The notes below the pieces were generated by a model that worked only from the letters and a program-made list of their open reading frames with translations, made no database searches and had not been told where the DNA came from. From contig BDGG01000011.1 in the NCBI GenBank assembly GCA_001949185.1, forward strand, positions 1,536,597-1,600,596: DNA of 64,000 bases. The letters run 5' to 3'. The stretch comes from Ramazzottius varieornatus (taxonomy: Eukaryota; Animalia; Tardigrada). Positions within the stretch are counted from its first letter, which is position 1, and each line of letters opens with the position of its first letter. Position numbers and translations under genes: made by a program. Positions 59,898 to 64,000 of this stretch are shown piece by piece.

Positions 59898-61048
59898 CGT
59901 GAAGGTGTCTGAAAGTCATTCTTCAGCACCTGATATCTCATCGCGCATGGATTTTCTCACCGAAGACAGATTTGACCTGTTTAGAGAGGGTTTCCCCTGG
60001 TGGAATCAGACGTTTTGTGACTGGAAGACTGTGACGCCAGTTCGCGAAGTTCAAGAAGCATTTACAGTACACGCACGAAGGAAACTTCTGGGCCAGTAAA
60101 AATTATGGGACCAGGCCTTTTCGCTACAGCGGTACGGATGCACGTACGTACATGATCGATTCATAGTAATGCATTTTTGGCAACTCTTCTACGTTTGAAT
60201 TTCTATCTTGCCGTCTTGTCCGCCTGGTCTCATAACTTTTACTGGCCGCATAATTTCTCGCCGTCCGTGTACTGCAGTCTTTTGAGTCGCGCGGCACACC
60301 ATACTGCTCATAGGACAGCCGTAGTTGACACTAGGTGTTGATCCAGACTCGATCTGGTTACAGAGAGTTTTCGCTGGTGAGATCAGCCGTTAAGTGACTA
60401 CAAGATCAACCGTTAAGTGACGCCACATCGCAGAGACGGTTGACCGAAAATGTGATGCTTACACATCGTCGTTTCGGGCGTGAAAGTGGGAACCGTATCC
60501 GCGATCCATCGCACATCGCACTATCGCAGATACGGTTGCTACAAACGCTACACTTTTACTCGCAGAGTCCTACCAGAACGTCGCTGAATAAAGTAAACTC
60601 GTTACCCAGATAAAAAAGTCAAAACAGTAAGACGCTAGAAGTGGATTCGATACACTACCGATTTTTACTGGTGTCTAACATCCATCAGCGGTGTCTTGAA
60701 AATCTGGCAGGTCTACAAGTTGTGTATTCTGCTCTCAGTGTCTTACTCGGACGTTTCAGTTGTACTGCGGTAATACGGCGAGAAACTGATTCGTGTATCC
60801 TCACAGGCGCCCCAAGTATGCGTTACATAGCATTACCGGAATGTCTTATGTCTGCTAAGAGCCAATTCGAATCCCACTGCGGGTATCTTACCGTTGCACT
60901 TTATGATTCTGACCACAATATTGAGCAAGAACTGTTAAATTAAAAAACTGAGCCAGATAAGCACTGTTTGAAATCTCTCCAGAAACGAAAGAATAGAGAA
61001 CTAAAAAAATGACGGTTTCGTACAAGCTCGACACCGAAAAAGAAGAAT

Positions 61049-62023
61049 TTAATTGTCATTGTACAAATACTTCTTAATGGTTTCCATTTTGTAGTCTATG
61101 ACAGACTCGAGGAAGCGGAAATACTTTCCACGTTGATGGCGGCGCTTGTCTAAACGATCTCGTCTAGGGCGATACGGAGTCTGAAATAAAAATATTACCA
61201 AACACGATCCACGCAAAATGGAAAACAGAGTGTTGGGGCACAGTTTATCTGTTGAGGACAGCGGGGACACCTTCGTCCTTTTCCTCATTGAAGAAAGCAA
61301 ATTTACCTTTTCCCTCAACCATCCTGGAACGACGGATAAGACCCAGAGTCAAAGTCAAAGTCGGATAAGATCCAGAGTCAAAGTCGTAGAAACCGTACTG
61401 GTTTCGATGGCCAGCTTGAGCCGTTAAATGGTCGAAGTACGCTGCAACAGGAACGATAACTGATGTTATTTGGTAAAATGAACCTTCAGGAAAGACTGCA
61501 TTACTTTGAAGCACACCACTTTCTCGTGCCCTTTCGATGGCGTCAGCAGCCTGAACATAATTGTTCACATTACGCTACTTACAAACCAGTAATTCAAGAA
61601 GCCTTACTTGTTCTTTTGTGAGCAGAAGTTTGCCTAGTATATTTTGGTTCTGGGCACTCTCAAATAGAACCGTTGATTTGTCCACTTGATGAACGCACGA
61701 AAGTTGGAAATCATCTCGCTAGTTAATAGTAGAATAGCAAAAATCCAACTTTCGTGTCTTTGGTATACCTGCGTGAAGTCTTGAGGTTCTACATGGATTT
61801 CAACCTCCATCTCTTCTTTGTCTTCTTCCTGGTAACCGTCCACGTCCATACCGTCGTCTGTGTCCCCAGTATCTTCGTCGGATTCTTCATTAATTTCTAA
61901 AACCGGAATAAAACGATTCATTATGATATCCGTGAACTGCCATAATTTACTGTACGTTCCAATGCGTACCCGCATCCACATACATTCCTCGCAGAACGCA
62001 GTTATCGTACCTGCACCGCTCAC
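61049..62023 (-). other. Possible multi-exon gene or pseudogene fragments of unknown function
   Basis: Three collinear minus-strand ORFs, one very acidic, with plausible splice sites. No recognisable family. Confidence 0.25.
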
Positions 62024-62616
62024 AATGTAAAACGGTTACGGAACGGACTATTCCGGACCACTAATGCCGTATATCGGATACGGAGCGATCCCGTGCGGCG
62101 CGACTACCCGTACGTACGTGTTTACCAGCGTCGAACGTCAGGTGATAGAATCCGGCAAATCTAAGGCATGGCCCTTCATCACGACTCCAACTCCGCCCCT
62201 TGCCGCGCGAGATGGACGCGTCGTCGAAATCCGAGAAAACATGTTTTGACGGATTGGTTGCGCAATCTTACGCTTCATATCATTGAAAAACTGTCCCGAA
62301 CTGCAAATGCACTAAGAAAGCTTCTCGCCGTTTTCTTTGTAGCTTTCTTAGCCAAGTTACGACTTTCATCATGTTCGACGAAGTTCGAGGGCTTCATCTC
62401 ATGCATCTCAACATTCCGATAACATTCCAGAAGACGAAGATGCCACGATCAACGCCATTTCAACCGTCCATCGCAGCGTAAAACGTAAGCTCAATCTTTC
62501 TAGATACTTGCTGCAAACTCTACCTTTACTGTATTTGCTTATGGGTGGAGAGTTTGTATGTTAAGTTGTCTCTTCTCTTAGACTTTGTATTAGTTCAGAA
62601 CACTGTCGACCAAAAG

Positions 62617-64000
62617 ATGCGAGCCATAAACTTTGGCCAAGTTGGAGGTGGGAATTGGGTAAAGATCAGAATGGACAAGGAAAGCCACCTGGATGAGAAC
62701 GGGCTCCGGGTTGGCGACCACATCGTCGCGTATTTCGGCCCCACGGAAAAGAGCAAGCCTGGCTACTACTCCACTATAGTCTGCGGTGTCTACGATGATA
62801 AGAAGACTTGCGATGAGGCACTGAAAGCTCTTCGTGCCTCCAAACGGAAATCAGCTGGCCCAGTATTAGAAACTGAGCGCACTAAACGTCTTCGCGGAGT
62901 AGCCCAGTCTCAAACGGATGAAGATCTGGCCGACGGTAATAAGTGATCGTGCTCTTTACTTCCGGAACGCTTTTCGAACTCGATCCTTCATAGGTAGCCT
63001 CTCAGCACATTGCGAAAACGACGGTAAGCATGTAGACTGTCAACGTTGGCGTACTCATTAGTTTCAGATTGAATACGGCGAAGCGCTTAATCCAACTTTC
63101 GTCTCTTTGAAATGTCCATGTTAATTTGTTTGATAGGGCACCTTGTGTTCCAATTATCGACCGTTCGTTTGGTTCACCCTTGATCACTGGACGCTGAACA
63201 GCCGTAGCTTCAAAGTTACGAAAGTTGGACCCCACGCTGCTCGGCCCAGCAAACTAACATGGAAATTTGAAAGACACGAAAGTTGGATTTATCGCTTCAG
63301 CTCTTGACTGCAACTTCATTCTCCCAACTTTCGAATCTTCTGTTCTCCCGTAGTCAACTTGAGCCGGGACAACACTCCAGATTCGACAGTCAGCTTATCA
63401 TCAGCAACAGAGAATTCTGGCCGTAATGCCGCTCGAGGTAAACATTGCACAAGTTGGCCAAACGAATGCACCCTAATTATTGCTGCTCTAGGCTCAGCTG
63501 CGCATTCTCCACGTATAGATCGGAGCTCAAATACACCAGCGTCAAGTGAGTAAGCCTTTGTCACCCGCCTCCGCCATTTCGATACTGCAAAATTGCCTGA
63601 CCCATACAGGTAATATTGCATCTTTGCCGGGAAACGTGTCTCAAGCTGGAACACCTACCAAAGAGCAAGACAGTGAGTAGACTCGGAAGCTAGTCGTCTA
63701 GATAAAGAAGACAGTTCTGGCAGATCTGGTCCAACATTACGGTCCCAAAGCAGTGTGTCCGAACAACTGATGGCCAAAGTACGCGTGGAAGTTGGTGCTA
63801 CACATGCTTGCAGGAGAAGAAAGCGTGTTTGCGATGAAATCCCTGACTAAGAAGATTGGGGCGAAATATTTTCTGTTCGTGAGTCTAACCATAACCTTGA
63901 TATCCGTCCTTTTAGGTCACGTCACCGAGATCTTCGCACTTACCGACCCCATCATCAAGGCCTTTTTCAAGCAGAAGATGAACAACAATATGGCATCGGT
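62617..64000 (+). CDS. Hypothetical protein, 3'-incomplete (exons 62617-62935, 62994-63023, 63354-63437, 63492-63545, 63610-63672, ...)
   Basis: A coding-like ORF followed by small phase-1 AG/GT-bounded exons that keep the frame open. Later exons are unresolved. Confidence 0.5.
63080..63298. repeat. Intronic inverted-repeat (MITE-like) element
   Basis: ~50-bp arms tccaactttcgtctctttgaaatgtccatgttaatttg / caaactaacatggaaatttgaaagacacgaaagttgga. Confidence 0.8.

Noticed and set aside
60378-60540. Short direct and inverted repeats (agatcagccgttaagtgac twice; atcgcaga.acggttg twice)
   Set aside because: Probably a TE fragment, but I could not define termini or a TSD.

Overview
This is eukaryotic (animal) genomic DNA with compact genes and short GT-AG introns. 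It is probably a tardigrade, inferred from the intron sizes and the divergent ANF-receptor-type ectodomain gene; this is not verified. Hand-spliced gene models are: the 3' end of an RRM gene, DHX38/PRP16, a 12-exon ~2685-aa receptor (PstS-like ectodomain, TM, kinase-homology domain, degenerate guanylyl cyclase, ~1600-aa disordered tail), an ANF-receptor-like pseudogene, MICOS13/QIL1, a secreted PEBP, SOCS6-like, COQ9 (with a glomulin-like gene inside its first intron on the same strand), NELF-E, a trypsin-like protease, PAFAH1B2/3, a non-alpha nAChR subunit, a BTB pseudogene and an incomplete unknown gene. The 19-34 kb region is rich in DNA transposons: a decayed hAT and several hAT- and Mutator-type MITEs with TSDs. 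Three things stand out. (1) A dispersed, almost entirely intronic palindrome AAGTGGCGCA-N27-TGCGCCACTT occurs as 27 units at 17 loci, with near-invariant spacer length but divergent spacer sequence. (2) The PstS-fold pseudo-cyclase receptor has an unusual domain architecture. (3) COQ9 and glomulin are nested and appear to share a first exon. All coordinates and counts were derived by eye and need computational confirmation.
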